IMG/VR virus record: IMGVR_UViG_3300043420_000463
Span: 1-57,792 of that record
Reading direction: 5' to 3' (one strand)
DNA from: a virus
Lineage: Duplodnaviria; Caudoviricetes
DNA length: 57,792 nt
The notes beneath the pieces are model-generated. The model was not told the DNA's origin and did no database searches. It saw nothing but the letters and a program-made list of their open reading frames with translations. The position numbers and the translations under genes are program-made. This document shows positions 16,366 through 25,952 of the stretch, in pieces; the first letter of the stretch is position 1; each line of letters opens with the position of its first letter.

Positions 16366-19300
16366 TCAGCTGAAGTCTGTGTTACCTTGTCCAAATACCT
16401 GGATAGTTCCAGATCCGTCCTTGATGATAATGAATGTTAAGATGTCAGTGTTGTTTGTTGGCGTTGGTGGTGAACCTCCAGACCATTTTACACCGTTGGT
16501 GACATCGTTACCATCTACACTACAGGCATCTCCGTAGAGAGCAGATGTGTTGGAATCTAAAACTAGAGTTAGAGTTAAAGACTCACCATTATTTAGACCT
16601 ACGTTGGTGAATGCCCACTTGCTAATTGCTGCTGCTGTTGGTGTACCACAGATCGTGTTAGATGTAGCAGTATTAATTGTAAGAACACCAGAACCATCGG
16701 GTGCCAATGAAGTACCAAAGTTATTGTCGTTACTCTCTTTAATTCTTCCGCCAAATGCTGCCGCCCCAGAAACAGTTAATCCAGTTAGTGTGCCGACAGA
16801 TGTTAACGAAGAATTAACAACGGTTGTTCCTAGAGTAGTTCCACTTAGTAATACTGTACCTTGGATAGCGATGTGTCTATTTGTTTTAATCTCTAAGTTT
16901 TCTGAGAAGACCCAATACTTATCTGTTCTTGTGTTGTCATATAGAATTGTTTTGTTTGTGGTGGTTCCTTTGAGAATTAATCCACCTCCATTAGCTGCTT
17001 CATCAGTTGGACCTAGTGCTTCAAATACAGCAGTTCCACTAGCACCACTGACAGCATTGGAAAGCTCTACGATACCATTTTCAGTGTCTACACTGACAAC
17101 TCTTGTTGTTCCTACTGGCAAAGAAGTGCCATTGATTACATTCACTGTCATTCCAGGAACAACACCAGTCAAAACTTCTACATTGGTGACAAAAGTACTA
17201 CCACTAGTTACGTTGCCAGCAAACTCTGCTAGTTGAACTGCTGCTAACTCTAGAGCATTATCGTCAATTTGGATGTTTTGTACATTAATAGAAGTAGTTG
17301 TACCATTAACTGTGAGGTTTCCGTCAACTGTTAAAGCTCCTCCGACATTTAAATTATTTTCAATAGTTACATTGTAACCATTATCACCTCTAATCCATGT
17401 GCCTGCTACTCTACTTCCAGAAACTTCAGTGGCACTACCAATAACTAATTGATTGCTGCCTCCAGAACTTGGTGGAGCATACGTTGGACCATTGAGAGAA
17501 TTGATTGGTCTTCCACTACCAATTAAAACATTACCGTTGCCAGTCATATTATAACCAGCAAAGGCACCGATACAAACGTTATCATTTCCGTTGATAGCAC
17601 CATACATGGCACTATTACCAACAGAAACGTTGTTATCTCCACCTTCTGAGTTTAAGCTGGCATCTTTACCAATAGCAACATTATTATCTCCAACGTCAGA
17701 AAGTCTCAGTGCTCCATCACCGATAGCAACATTACCTAAACCAGATACGTTTGATGCTAAAGCTTGGTATCCAACACCTACGTTTTGAGAACCGCCTTGG
17801 TTTGCTGATAAAACTTCAACTCCAAAAGCAGTGTTGCTAGCAACGGCAGAGTTTCCTCTGCCAACTGTCATTGGATTGTTACTGGTTCCACGGATAGTGA
17901 TGTCAGCACTATCAAAATTAGTAACACCGTTTACTAATAAGGTATTACCATCGTTGGTATTTAAGATAACGTCTCCATCTACATCAAGATTGTGTTTGAT
18001 GGTTGTTGTGCCTGTAGCAGCACCCATGTTAATAGCAGTAGCAGCACCGAAAGCATTGATAGTAGTTGCTGTTCCGTTAAATACCCCAAATGATGTTGAT
18101 GTTGTATTGACACCAGTAATGAACACTGGAGTGGTGTTAAATACAACAGCACCGTTACCAGTAGGATCACTTAACACACCTCTAAGTTGGGTTGATGTTG
18201 TTGTTGAGAAATCACCTAAGTTGTTAGATGAATACCTAATGACAGCACCAGCTCCACCACCATTACCGAAGTTTACGGTTGCCCCATCAGTACCAGATAG
18301 TGTTACAGAATTATTTACTGTTAAAGTTTTTTGATCAGCAAAGTCTAGGGTAGAACCAATACAACTAGAAATAGTTAGACCATTAATTGTAGTGTTAGTT
18401 ACAGTACCAATGTTTGTTGTTCCTGTAAAAGATGCTCCTGATAGAGTCTTGTTTGTCAACGTCTGTGTTTCTGATTCTGTAACTAATCTTCTAGCAACTC
18501 CTCCATTATCTAATGTTCTGAAGTACCCACCACTTTCAAACCATTGGAGTTGAATCCATGTTTGTACTACTCCTTCCGAGTTTGAAGTTCTGTTGATTTG
18601 AATGCCACCATTGGCTCCAGTTAAACTAGCACCTTTTCTTAGTTCGATAATGGGATCTGCAACTTGTAGAATGGTACTTTCTAATGTTGTTGTAGAACCA
18701 GTTACATTTAAATTGCCGTCAATTGTTACTGATGTTCCATTGTCACTAATTAAACTATTAACTAATTGGGTATTAGCACCATCCCATTTTAATAGAGTTT
18801 GATCTACTAGAGAACTGGCATTCTTTAATTGGAATTCGTTATCTGATAAAATGATGCCGTTATTAGCGTCAAGCCCTGCTCCAGTATCTGTATTTGTTGC
18901 CGAGATATCAATAGTTACTACTCCAGTATCTGGATCAGTTGTTTGTGTTAACTGAGCAGCACTAGACGCTGTAAATCTAAAGTCTCCAGATGCTAAAGCA
19001 AACGTACCATTACTAGCAACAGATCCTATCTTAGTAATTGTATCTGTATTGAAGGCATCAATTTCAATTGTGTTGCCATTTTGGACAACAGAAACTGAAC
19101 TGTCTCTATGTGATCCTCCGATTAAAGTTACATCGGTATTAGAAGTTCCTGTGTTTGATGGGACAAAAGTTCCAGATGCTCCACCTTTAATTCTGGTTAC
19201 AGTGTCGGCAGAACTTATGGTAATTTCTGGATCTCCAGTGGTTTGATTTGGAGACTGAGAAATAGTTGTAGCTCCAGACTGAAGAAGAGTGATGTTAGTG

Positions 19301-20046
19301 TTTGTGTTATCATTTGGTATGTAACTAGCAGAAGTTCCAACACGTAGTTTTGTTCTTGTATCTGTATCTGTACCATCAATTGTGATAGTAGTACCAGACA
19401 TGCTCACACTGGCAGCATTAATGCCAACGATTTCAATATCACCAGAACTAGGAGATCCTCCAGAAGCATTCAAAGTTGTAATTGTATCAGCATCTTCTAC
19501 TGTTCCTGAAATTATAATGCTGTCTTCATCTCTGGTGATCTGTAAGTCTAATCCTTTGTATCCAGATGGTATGCTTGAAGGGGAAGAAACGGCAATCTTT
19601 ACATCATCAGTTCCGCTACCAGATCCTCCAGCAGTTAATCTGATAATTTTTTCGTTGGCATTGATAGCATCTACTGCCGAAACACTATATGTTGTGTTAT
19701 TATCTGGTGTAATTATTGTGCCACCCAAATTAACGGTGGTTCCATTAATATTAATACCTGGATTAATTAAAGCACTGTTTGGTATATTTGTTATTGTATT
19801 AGTTGATCCAGAAATAATACAAGTTTCGAAGATTTTATTGGTTACTGTTTGTGATGCAGTTAGATATACATCTCCAGGATCATCCCAGGTAACAACACCA
19901 CCATCACTCTTGAGGTATTGTCCACTGGTTCCAGTGTTTCCATTGACGGCAATGCCATTGCCAGTCAAATCTAAATTGTCTCCCGAAGACATCTCTTCAA
20001 TCTTTCGGGAAGTCTCGTTAACAATTAACGGAAAGCGGTCTGCCAT
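16366..20046 (-). CDS. Tail fibre-like protein (1226 aa)
   Basis: Thr/Gly-rich fibre repeats, NVAIG..AL (YadA-head-like) repeats, SSLTSVGTLTGL motif. Confidence 0.8.
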   Translation of the reverse strand: MADRFPLIVNETSRKIEEMSSGDNLDLTGNGIAVNGNTGTSGQYLKSDGGVVTWDDPGDVYLTASQTVTNKIFETCIISGSTNTITNIPNSALINPGININGTTVNLGGTIITPDNNTTYSVSAVDAINANEKIIRLTAGGSGSGTDDVKIAVSSPSSIPSGYKGLDLQITRDEDSIIISGTVEDADTITTLNASGGSPSSGDIEIVGINAASVSMSGTTITIDGTDTDTRTKLRVGTSASYIPNDNTNTNITLLQSGATTISQSPNQTTGDPEITISSADTVTRIKGGASGTFVPSNTGTSNTDVTLIGGSHRDSSVSVVQNGNTIEIDAFNTDTITKIGSVASNGTFALASGDFRFTASSAAQLTQTTDPDTGVVTIDISATNTDTGAGLDANNGIILSDNEFQLKNASSLVDQTLLKWDGANTQLVNSLISDNGTSVTIDGNLNVTGSTTTLESTILQVADPIIELRKGASLTGANGGIQINRTSNSEGVVQTWIQLQWFESGGYFRTLDNGGVARRLVTESETQTLTNKTLSGASFTGTTNIGTVTNTTINGLTISSCIGSTLDFADQKTLTVNNSVTLSGTDGATVNFGNGGGAGAVIRYSSNNLGDFSTTTSTQLRGVLSDPTGNGAVVFNTTPVFITGVNTTSTSFGVFNGTATTINAFGAATAINMGAATGTTTIKHNLDVDGDVILNTNDGNTLLVNGVTNFDSADITIRGTSNNPMTVGRGNSAVASNTAFGVEVLSANQGGSQNVGVGYQALASNVSGLGNVAIGDGALRLSDVGDNNVAIGKDASLNSEGGDNNVSVGNSAMYGAINGNDNVCIGAFAGYNMTGNGNVLIGSGRPINSLNGPTYAPPSSGGSNQLVIGSATEVSGSRVAGTWIRGDNGYNVTIENNLNVGGALTVDGNLTVNGTTTSINVQNIQIDDNALELAAVQLAEFAGNVTSGSTFVTNVEVLTGVVPGMTVNVINGTSLPVGTTRVVSVDTENGIVELSNAVSGASGTAVFEALGPTDEAANGGGLILKGTTTNKTILYDNTRTDKYWVFSENLEIKTNRHIAIQGTVLLSGTTLGTTVVNSSLTSVGTLTGLTVSGAAAFGGRIKESNDNNFGTSLAPDGSGVLTINTATSNTICGTPTAAAISKWAFTNVGLNNGESLTLTLVLDSNTSALYGDACSVDGNDVTNGVKWSGGSPPTPTNNTDILTFIIIKDGSGTIQVFGQGNTDFS

Positions 20047-20078
20047 TACACTAAGCTGCTGGTATTTCTTCGTTCAAC

Positions 20079-20101
20079 TATTTATAGGGGTCGTATTTAT
20101 A
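20079..20101 (-). promoter_or_regulatory. Tandem T4 late promoters
   Basis: Two perfect TATAAATA on the minus strand (20079-86, 20094-101). Confidence 0.8.
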
Positions 20102-20162
20102 AGGAAACATCGTGCCAGATTATGAAGTGGCACAATAGGTACAAATACTCCTTCTTTGGGGC

Positions 20163-20196
20163 TTGACGCTTCTCGGGCACCGTGCTACAATAAATA
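20163..20196 (+). promoter_or_regulatory. psbA promoter: sigma70 with overlapping late core
   Basis: TTGACG-N17-TACAAT, overlapping ATAAATA 20190-20196. Confidence 0.75.
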
Positions 20197-20244
20197 GGTA
20201 AACAAATGTTAAGGACCTTTAAGGATTCGTTACATTGTTAAACA

Positions 20245-20347
20245 CCCCTTAAACCGAGACCTATAGGGTGTATAAAACACGTCTCTCATATCCCGCCTGA
20301 GGGTGGCGGGAGCATAGTACCTCCACCATTTCCCTGATGGACTTACT
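20245..20347 (+). ncRNA. PhotoRC-II RNA motif in the psbA leader
   Basis: GAGAC/GTCTC, TCCCGCC/GGCGGGA and CCAT/ATGG stems; AGGG/CCCT loop complementarity; position before phage psbA. Confidence 0.75.
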
Positions 20348-20361
20348 ACTTGTTTGTAACA

Positions 20362-21441
20362 ATGACTGCTACACTTTCACAACAACGCTCTACTAACACC
20401 TGGGAACAGTTCTGTAACTGGGTGACCTCTACTGACAACCGTCTGTATGTCGGTTGGTTCGGTGTTCTGATGATCCCTTGTCTGCTTGCTGCTACGACAT
20501 GTTTCATCATCGCTTTCATCGGTGCTCCCCCAGTGGACATCGATGGTATCCGTGAACCCGTCGCTGGTTCACTCATGTACGGAAACAACATCATCTCTGG
20601 TGCTGTTATCCCTTCAAGCAACGCTATTGGTCTTCACTTTTATCCCATCTGGGAAGCAGCTTCTCTCGATGAGTGGCTCTACAACGGTGGTCCTTTCCAA
20701 CTTGTTGTCTTCCACTTCCTGATTGGCATCTATGCTTACATGGGTCGTGAGTGGGAACTCTCTTACCGTCTGGGGATGCGTCCTTGGATCTGTGTTGCTT
20801 ACTCGGCACCAGTTGCTGCTGCTTCTGCTGTCTTCCTGATCTACCCCTTCGGTCAGGGCTCCTTCTCCGATGCTATGCCCCTGGGTATCAGTGGCACCTT
20901 TAACTACATGCTTGTCTTCCAAGCAGAGCACAACATCCTGATGCACCCCTTCCACATGCTTGGTGTGGCTGGTGTGTTCGGTGGTTCTCTCTTCTCGGCA
21001 ATGCACGGTTCTCTGGTTACTTCCTCGCTGGTTCGTGAAACCACTGAGAACGAGTCACAGAACTATGGTTACAAGTTCGGTCAAGAAGAAGAGACCTACA
21101 ACATTGTTGCTGCTCATGGATACTTTGGTCGTTTGATCTTCCAGTATGCTTCCTTTAATAATTCTCGCTCTCTTCACTTCTTCCTTGCTGCTTGGCCAGT
21201 TGTAGGTATTTGGTTCACCGCTCTGGGTGTTTCGACCATGGCATTCAACCTCAACGGTTTCAACTTCAACCAGTCGATTGTTGATAGTCAAGGTCGTGTC
21301 CTGAACACTTGGGCAGACGTTCTTAACCGTGCTGGTCTGGGTATGGAAGTGATGCACGAGCGTAATGCTCACAACTTCCCTCTCGATCTTGCTACTGCTG
21401 AGAACACTCCTGTTGCTCTCACTGCTCCTAGCATTGGTTGA
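20362..21441 (+). CDS. psbA: Photosystem II D1 protein
   Basis: Full-length uninterrupted D1; start moved to ATG 20362; GREWELS (E130 type). Confidence 0.99.
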   Translation: MTATLSQQRSTNTWEQFCNWVTSTDNRLYVGWFGVLMIPCLLAATTCFIIAFIGAPPVDIDGIREPVAGSLMYGNNIISGAVIPSSNAIGLHFYPIWEAASLDEWLYNGGPFQLVVFHFLIGIYAYMGREWELSYRLGMRPWICVAYSAPVAAASAVFLIYPFGQGSFSDAMPLGISGTFNYMLVFQAEHNILMHPFHMLGVAGVFGGSLFSAMHGSLVTSSLVRETTENESQNYGYKFGQEEETYNIVAAHGYFGRLIFQYASFNNSRSLHFFLAAWPVVGIWFTALGVSTMAFNLNGFNFNQSIVDSQGRVLNTWADVLNRAGLGMEVMHERNAHNFPLDLATAENTPVALTAPSIG

Positions 21442-21460
21442 GTTAAATAAAATAAACTTC

Positions 21461-21488
21461 AGGGGGTCTTCGGACCCCTTTTCTTTTC
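21461..21488 (+). terminator. Intrinsic terminator with cUUCGg loop
   Basis: GGGGTC-TTCG-GACCCC followed by TTTTCTTTT. Confidence 0.85.
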
Positions 21489-21498
21489 AGGAGGTATA

Positions 21499-22560
21499 AT
21501 GGTTTCATCAACACTTTCACAACCAATTAAACAACGAGGATGGTTCGATGTCCTGGATGACTGGCTTAAGAGAGATCGCTTTGTATTTGTGGGTTGGTCT
21601 GGACTACTTCTTTTTCCCACTGCTTATCTCGCAATTGGTGGCTGGCTTACTGGTACAACGTTTGTTACGAGCTGGTATACCCACGGGCTTGCCTCTAGTT
21701 ATCTTGAAGGCGCTAATTTCCTTACGGCAGCTGTGTCAACTCCTGCTGACGCTATGGGTCATTCTCTTCTTCTACTTTGGGGTCCTGAGTCTCAGGGAGA
21801 TTTTGTCAGGTGGCTCCAACTTGGGGGACTCTGGCCTTTTGTGGCGCTCCACGGAGCCTTTGCTCTCATAGGTTTTATGCTTCGCCAGTTTGAGATTGCT
21901 CGCCTGGTAGGTATCAGACCCTATAACGCCATTGCTTTTTCGGGTCCTATCGCTGTGTTCGTCAGCGTGTTCCTGATGTATCCTCTGGGTCAATCCAGTT
22001 GGTTCTTTGCTCCATCGTTCGGTGTGGCAGCAATCTTCAGGTTCCTGCTGTTCCTTCAAGGGTTCCACAACTGGACTCTCAACCCCTTCCATATGATGGG
22101 AGTGGCAGGTATCCTAGGTGGCGCTCTTCTTTCTGCTATTCATGGAGTAACTGTAGAAAATACTTTGTATCAAGATGGTGAGCAAGCAAATACTTTTAAG
22201 GCATTTGATTCTACTCAGGAAGAAGAGACTTATTCAATGGTTACAGCAAACCGATTCTGGTCTCAGATTTTTGGTATTGCTTTCAGCAACAAACGTTGGC
22301 TTCATTTCTTTATGCTATTCGTTCCAGTTATGGGACTTTGGACATCCAGCATTGGCATCATTGGTCTGGCTCTTAATCTTCGTGCTTACGATTTCGTTTC
22401 TCAGGAGGTCCGAGCGGCTGAAGATCCAGAGTTTGAAACGTTCTATACTAAAAACATCCTTCTCAACGAAGGATTGAGAGCATGGTTGGCACCAGTCGAT
22501 CAACCACATGAAAACTTTGTTTTTCCTGAAGAAGTCTTGCCAAGAGGCAACGCTCTGTGA
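21499..22560 (+). CDS. psbD: Photosystem II D2 protein
   Basis: Full D2 ending [10 protein letters not shown]; AGGAGG RBS. Confidence 0.99.
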   Translation: MVSSTLSQPIKQRGWFDVLDDWLKRDRFVFVGWSGLLLFPTAYLAIGGWLTGTTFVTSWYTHGLASSYLEGANFLTAAVSTPADAMGHSLLLLWGPESQGDFVRWLQLGGLWPFVALHGAFALIGFMLRQFEIARLVGIRPYNAIAFSGPIAVFVSVFLMYPLGQSSWFFAPSFGVAAIFRFLLFLQGFHNWTLNPFHMMGVAGILGGALLSAIHGVTVENTLYQDGEQANTFKAFDSTQEEETYSMVTANRFWSQIFGIAFSNKRWLHFFMLFVPVMGLWTSSIGIIGLALNLRAYDFVSQEVRAAEDPEFETFYTKNILLNEGLRAWLAPVDQPHENFVFPEEVLPRGNAL

Positions 22561-22566
22561 TATACT

Positions 22567-22592
22567 AGGGGGGTCAAACGACCCTCTTTTTT
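22567..22592 (+). terminator. Intrinsic terminator
   Basis: GGGTC-AAAC-GACCC stem plus T tract; TTGCCA...TATACT promoter just upstream. Confidence 0.7.
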
Positions 22593-22850
22593 ATGGACAT
22601 TGAACTGTATACTCTACGTGGTTGTGGTAACTGTACTAAGATGAAGGAACTTCTTAAACGAGCAGATGTTCCCTACACAGAGAAGATGATTCCGAATGAC
22701 ATTACCAAAGCAGATATCTATGAGAATTATCCTTCTATGATTAACAAAGGATTTCCTCAAATTGTTATTGATGGTGAAGTTATTGGTGGTCTTGTAGAAG
22801 CAGTCACGTATTTTGTAAAGAATAAATTGATTACACGTGCTTCAAGATGA
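22593..22850 (+). CDS. Glutaredoxin-like protein
   Basis: CGNC, FPQIVIDGEVIGG. Confidence 0.88.
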   Translation: MDIELYTLRGCGNCTKMKELLKRADVPYTEKMIPNDITKADIYENYPSMINKGFPQIVIDGEVIGGLVEAVTYFVKNKLITRASR

Positions 22851-23008
22851 GTCAGGAATTGAAGATAAATAGAGGTGTAGAGCTTATGCTCAGGAGGGAG
22901 AAGAAAGCACACGAGCCGAAAGGTTTAAAGTTCAATCACACAATCGCTCTCCTGGGTAAAAAATTCAATTTTAAATTTGAATTTTCTTGGGAGACAAATA
23001 GTAACTAA
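22847..23008 (+). CDS. Small hypothetical protein (53 aa)
   Basis: ATGA overlap; MSQELKINRGVELMLRREKK... Confidence 0.65.
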   Translation: MSQELKINRGVELMLRREKKAHEPKGLKFNHTIALLGKKFNFKFEFSWETNSN

Positions 23009-23019
23009 GGAGTATTACT

Positions 23020-23241
23020 ATGTCTACCCCCGTAATTTTGTTCTTTTCGACAATCATCACTGCTTTATTTTTCCTAGTAGGTGTTACAATAGGTTGGACA
23101 GCAAATGACTTCCTGTACAACATGTTATCGAAAGATGAACTTCATCCAGAAATGTATGGAGATGATGGTATGGTTATCAATGAAGAGCTCTTAGCAGTAA
23201 GATTCGTAGAGGACGACGAAGACGAGGATGATTATTATTGA
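23020..23241 (+). CDS. Membrane protein with acidic tail
   Basis: AGGAG RBS, N-terminal TM, LHPEMY motif. Confidence 0.8.
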   Translation: MSTPVILFFSTIITALFFLVGVTIGWTANDFLYNMLSKDELHPEMYGDDGMVINEELLAVRFVEDDEDEDDYY

Positions 23242-24088
23242 CATGAACCAGATTATGATTAGTAATCTGATGGTTCAACTGAAGAACGATTCGTTGAACG
23301 AAGACTTGGTAAGACACATGGTTCTTTCCTCCCTCTTTTCATATGAAAAACAATACACAGAAGAGTATGGCGAAATTGTTTTAGCATACGACTCTAAGCA
23401 TTATTGGAGGAAAGAAGTCTTTCCGTATTACAAACAAAACAGAAAGAAAGATCGTGAAAAATCTAATCACAACTGGACAAGTATCTTTGAAGTACTGAAT
23501 AAAATCAGGGATGAGATTAAAGAATATTTTCCATTCAAAGTGATTGAAGTTCATGGAGCAGAGGCAGATGATGTTATCTCTACTCTTTGTAAGAATAAAG
23601 GAACTCAAAAACTTTTGATTCTCTCTGGAGATAAAGACTTTATTCAGTTACAAAAATACCCAGGGGTTAAGCAGTTTAATCCTATTATGAAACGGGAAGT
23701 TACCCATGAAAATCCCCTTACATATGTGAAAGAACATATTATTAAGGGAGATAAGTCTGACGGCATTCCTAACTATCTTTCTTCTGATGATACATTTGTT
23801 TCTGGTGTTAGACAAAAACCTATTAGTAAAAAGAACTTAGATAAATGGGTAAAAGAATCTCCTCATCAGTTCTGTAAAACATCTGAAGACCTACAAAATT
23901 ATCATAGGAACCAAAGACTCATTGATTTTGATTGTATTCCTTTGGAAATAGAAGACAAAATTATGGATCTTTATCACTCTCTAAATAATAGTGAGAAGCA
24001 AGTGCCTTTAGAATATTTTCAACGTCATAAGTTGAATGATCTAATGGAGAAATATTTCTTTCGTAACCCTACACAATTTGCCAAATGA
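23228..24088 (+). CDS. rnh: T4-type RNase H (5'-3' exonuclease)
   Basis: IIDMNQI, YWRK..FPYYK, EADDVI, SGDKDFIQL, GDKSDGIPN. Confidence 0.93.
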   Translation: MIIIDMNQIMISNLMVQLKNDSLNEDLVRHMVLSSLFSYEKQYTEEYGEIVLAYDSKHYWRKEVFPYYKQNRKKDREKSNHNWTSIFEVLNKIRDEIKEYFPFKVIEVHGAEADDVISTLCKNKGTQKLLILSGDKDFIQLQKYPGVKQFNPIMKREVTHENPLTYVKEHIIKGDKSDGIPNYLSSDDTFVSGVRQKPISKKNLDKWVKESPHQFCKTSEDLQNYHRNQRLIDFDCIPLEIEDKIMDLYHSLNNSEKQVPLEYFQRHKLNDLMEKYFFRNPTQFAK

Positions 24089-24519
24089 AACTTTTAATTT
24101 CTGAAGTGCTCCAAAAAGTGAGCAACGCTAAGACAAAAGCAGAGAAGGTAAAAATTCTACAGGAACATAACACCCAAGCATTGAGAACTATTCTTATTAT
24201 TAATTATGATGAGAGTGTTGTTTCGATGCTACCTGAAGGAGATGTACCATTCACTCCCAATGATGCTCCTCCTGGAACGGAGCACACTAAACTGGAGCAT
24301 GAGTACCGTAAACTTTATCTCTTTTTCAAGGGAGGTTCTACATCGCTAAAGCAATCTAAGCGAGAAGATTTATTCATTCAGATGCTTGAAGGACTTCAAC
24401 AAACCGAAGCGAATGTTTTGGTTCTTGCCAAAGATAAAAACCTACAAAAGAAGTATAAAATTACTAAGGCATGTGTTGAAGAAGCCTTCCCTCAAATTCA
24501 GTGGGGTGGTCGTAGTTGA
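24085..24519 (+). CDS. Conserved T4-like hypothetical protein
   Basis: LPEGDVP, KREDLFIQMLEGL; ATGA coupling. Confidence 0.85.
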   Translation: MKLLISEVLQKVSNAKTKAEKVKILQEHNTQALRTILIINYDESVVSMLPEGDVPFTPNDAPPGTEHTKLEHEYRKLYLFFKGGSTSLKQSKREDLFIQMLEGLQQTEANVLVLAKDKNLQKKYKITKACVEEAFPQIQWGGRS

Positions 24520-24767
24520 GCGTAAAGGTAGTTTATCACAACTGTGATCCAGATCTAGCAAAAGATAGATCTTTACCATACACTGCTTACTTAGTTGAGT
24601 ATGATGACGGTGCTGGACTATGTTATGACATAGTTATTTGTAATAAAAAAACAGATATATTTGACCACTACTGGGATAAATATCGTGAGGGATTAAAATC
24701 TTTCAAGCAATCTGAAGGAAGAACAAACCCAAAACTATGGTCACCACCTAACACGAAGAAGAAATAA
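24516..24767 (+). CDS. Cyanophage hypothetical protein
   Basis: TTGA coupling; SLPYTAYLVEY, IFDHYWDKY. Confidence 0.8.
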   Translation: MSVKVVYHNCDPDLAKDRSLPYTAYLVEYDDGAGLCYDIVICNKKTDIFDHYWDKYREGLKSFKQSEGRTNPKLWSPPNTKKK

Positions 24768-24769
24768 CA

Positions 24770-25063
24770 ATGGACATAACTCCTCAAGAACAAAAAGCTA
24801 TTTTAGAAGTGATTCCTTCTTCTACTCAAACGTTTTGTATTCTTTATTGGAAGAAATCGGATGGGCCTGGAGCAGATAAGAAAGTTCTAAGAAGAATTAA
24901 TTCCAACGGGGTTCCAGTCTCAACTAAAAAATACTCAGAAGTATTCTTTTATAATGATGTTAGACATGCTTTAACACATGCTCAGTTTCTTCTTGCTCAT
25001 GGATACGATTTAAAAATTCACAAATGTAATAGAAAAAATAACGATAAATTTTGGTTAACTTGA
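24770..25063 (+). CDS. Hypothetical protein
   Basis: 97-aa ORF in operon. Confidence 0.7.
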   Translation: MDITPQEQKAILEVIPSSTQTFCILYWKKSDGPGADKKVLRRINSNGVPVSTKKYSEVFFYNDVRHALTHAQFLLAHGYDLKIHKCNRKNNDKFWLT

Positions 25064-25064
25064 T

Positions 25065-25397
25065 ATGGAATATGGATATCATTACCTTGCTAAATTAGTT
25101 TTCTGTGATCCAGAAAAACTAGATGACGAGGAGTATTTGAAAACTACTTTAGAATCTGCTGCTAATATGGTTGGGGCAACTGTATTACATACAGCATCTC
25201 ATAAGTTTGACCCCCAAGGTGTTACTGCTTTCTGTATGCTTTCTGAAAGTCACATTAGTATTCATACGTGGCCAGAGAAAGCGACTTGTACTCTAGATGT
25301 CTACACGTGTGGTGATGCTGATCCCCAAGCGGCGGGAGAATTTATTCAGCTAGCAGTAGATGGATCTATTGCTATGACACAAACAGTTGTTCGATAA
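25065..25397 (+). CDS. speD: S-adenosylmethionine decarboxylase proenzyme
   Basis: F.PQGVT, LSESHISIHTWPE cleavage motif, DVYTCG. Confidence 0.93.
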   Translation: MEYGYHYLAKLVFCDPEKLDDEEYLKTTLESAANMVGATVLHTASHKFDPQGVTAFCMLSESHISIHTWPEKATCTLDVYTCGDADPQAAGEFIQLAVDGSIAMTQTVVR

Positions 25398-25399
25398 AT

Positions 25400-25446
25400 T
25401 GTATCAAAAGATACAGGTTGACATCTCTATATAAAGATGGTAGAAT
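25400..25446 (+). promoter_or_regulatory. NtcA-like box adjacent to a sigma70 promoter
   Basis: TGTA-TCAAAAGA-TACA (GTA-N8-TAC) 25400-15; TTGACA 25418-23, N17, TAGAAT 25441-46. Confidence 0.7.
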
Positions 25447-25452
25447 ACTGCC

Positions 25453-25506
25453 ATCGTTCATTCGCTATTTCCGAATAGCGAACGCAAGTAAGCCGACTCG
25501 GAACGG
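25453..25506 (+). promoter_or_regulatory. Glutamine riboswitch aptamer 1 (glnA/Downstream-peptide family)
   Basis: ATCGTTCA, P2 TTCGCTATT/AATAGCGAA, CGCAAGTAAGCCGACTCGGAACGG. Confidence 0.8.
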
Positions 25507-25683
25507 ATCGTTCATCTATGGAAGCACTTTTCTTGACATGTTTACAGGCACATTTTATTATTGGGAGAGTGGTTACTCATCCAGAATTAAATGACCGCCA
25601 ACGTAATGAAATCATTTGGGAAGTTAAACAAGTCACAAAGAAAGGTTGTTTCGTAGACGCAAAAGCCGACTGAAGGAACGGGA
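25507..25683 (+). promoter_or_regulatory. Glutamine-II (Downstream-peptide) aptamer 2 with greatly expanded P2
   Basis: ATCGTTCA...CGCAAAAGCCGACTGAAGGAACGGG ends about 140 nt apart, joined by a long imperfect stem. Confidence 0.7.
25518..25673 (+). CDS. 51-aa ORF embedded in aptamer 2
   Basis: MEALFLTCLQAHFIIGRVVTHPELNDRQRNEIIWEVKQVTKKGCFVDAKAD. Confidence 0.55.
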   Translation: MEALFLTCLQAHFIIGRVVTHPELNDRQRNEIIWEVKQVTKKGCFVDAKAD

Positions 25684-25716
25684 TCTAATCCATCTCATTT
25701 CTTTAGGAGTAAACCC

Positions 25717-25854
25717 ATGGCTAAAGTAGTATATCGTGGCATCGAGTATGATACCCAGAAGCGTCTGGAGTATCAACAGCAAATGGCACAGCAACCCCAA
25801 CAGTATAACGAAAACTATCGTGGTGTTCGTTATGTAAAGGAGGGACATAAGTGA
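25717..25854 (+). CDS. DUF4278-like YRG peptide (45 aa)
   Basis: AGGAG RBS; VVYRGIEY...NYRGVRY. Confidence 0.8.
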   Translation: MAKVVYRGIEYDTQKRLEYQQQMAQQPQQYNENYRGVRYVKEGHK

Positions 25855-25952
25855 AACAAAAACTTAATGCTCTTCAACTGATCAAAGAGCAGAAGCAAAA
25901 AGAAGATCGTCGCCACCAAGCCCAACTAGCACAACTGGTTGGAGCGAAGTAG
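25851..25952 (+). CDS. 33-aa basic helical peptide
   Basis: AGGAGG RBS, GTGA overlap; MKQKLNALQLIKEQKQKEDRRHQAQLAQLVGAK. Confidence 0.65.
   Translation: MKQKLNALQLIKEQKQKEDRRHQAQLAQLVGAK

Noticed and set aside
16547-20125. Long plus-strand ORFs (229, 167, 247 aa) and similar ones such as 37309..38091
   Set aside because: Antisense shadows of Thr/Gly-rich genes produced by codon bias
20362-22560. Group I intron or homing endonuclease in psbA/psbD
   Set aside because: Both frames are continuous and normal length; the intergenic gap is only 57 nt
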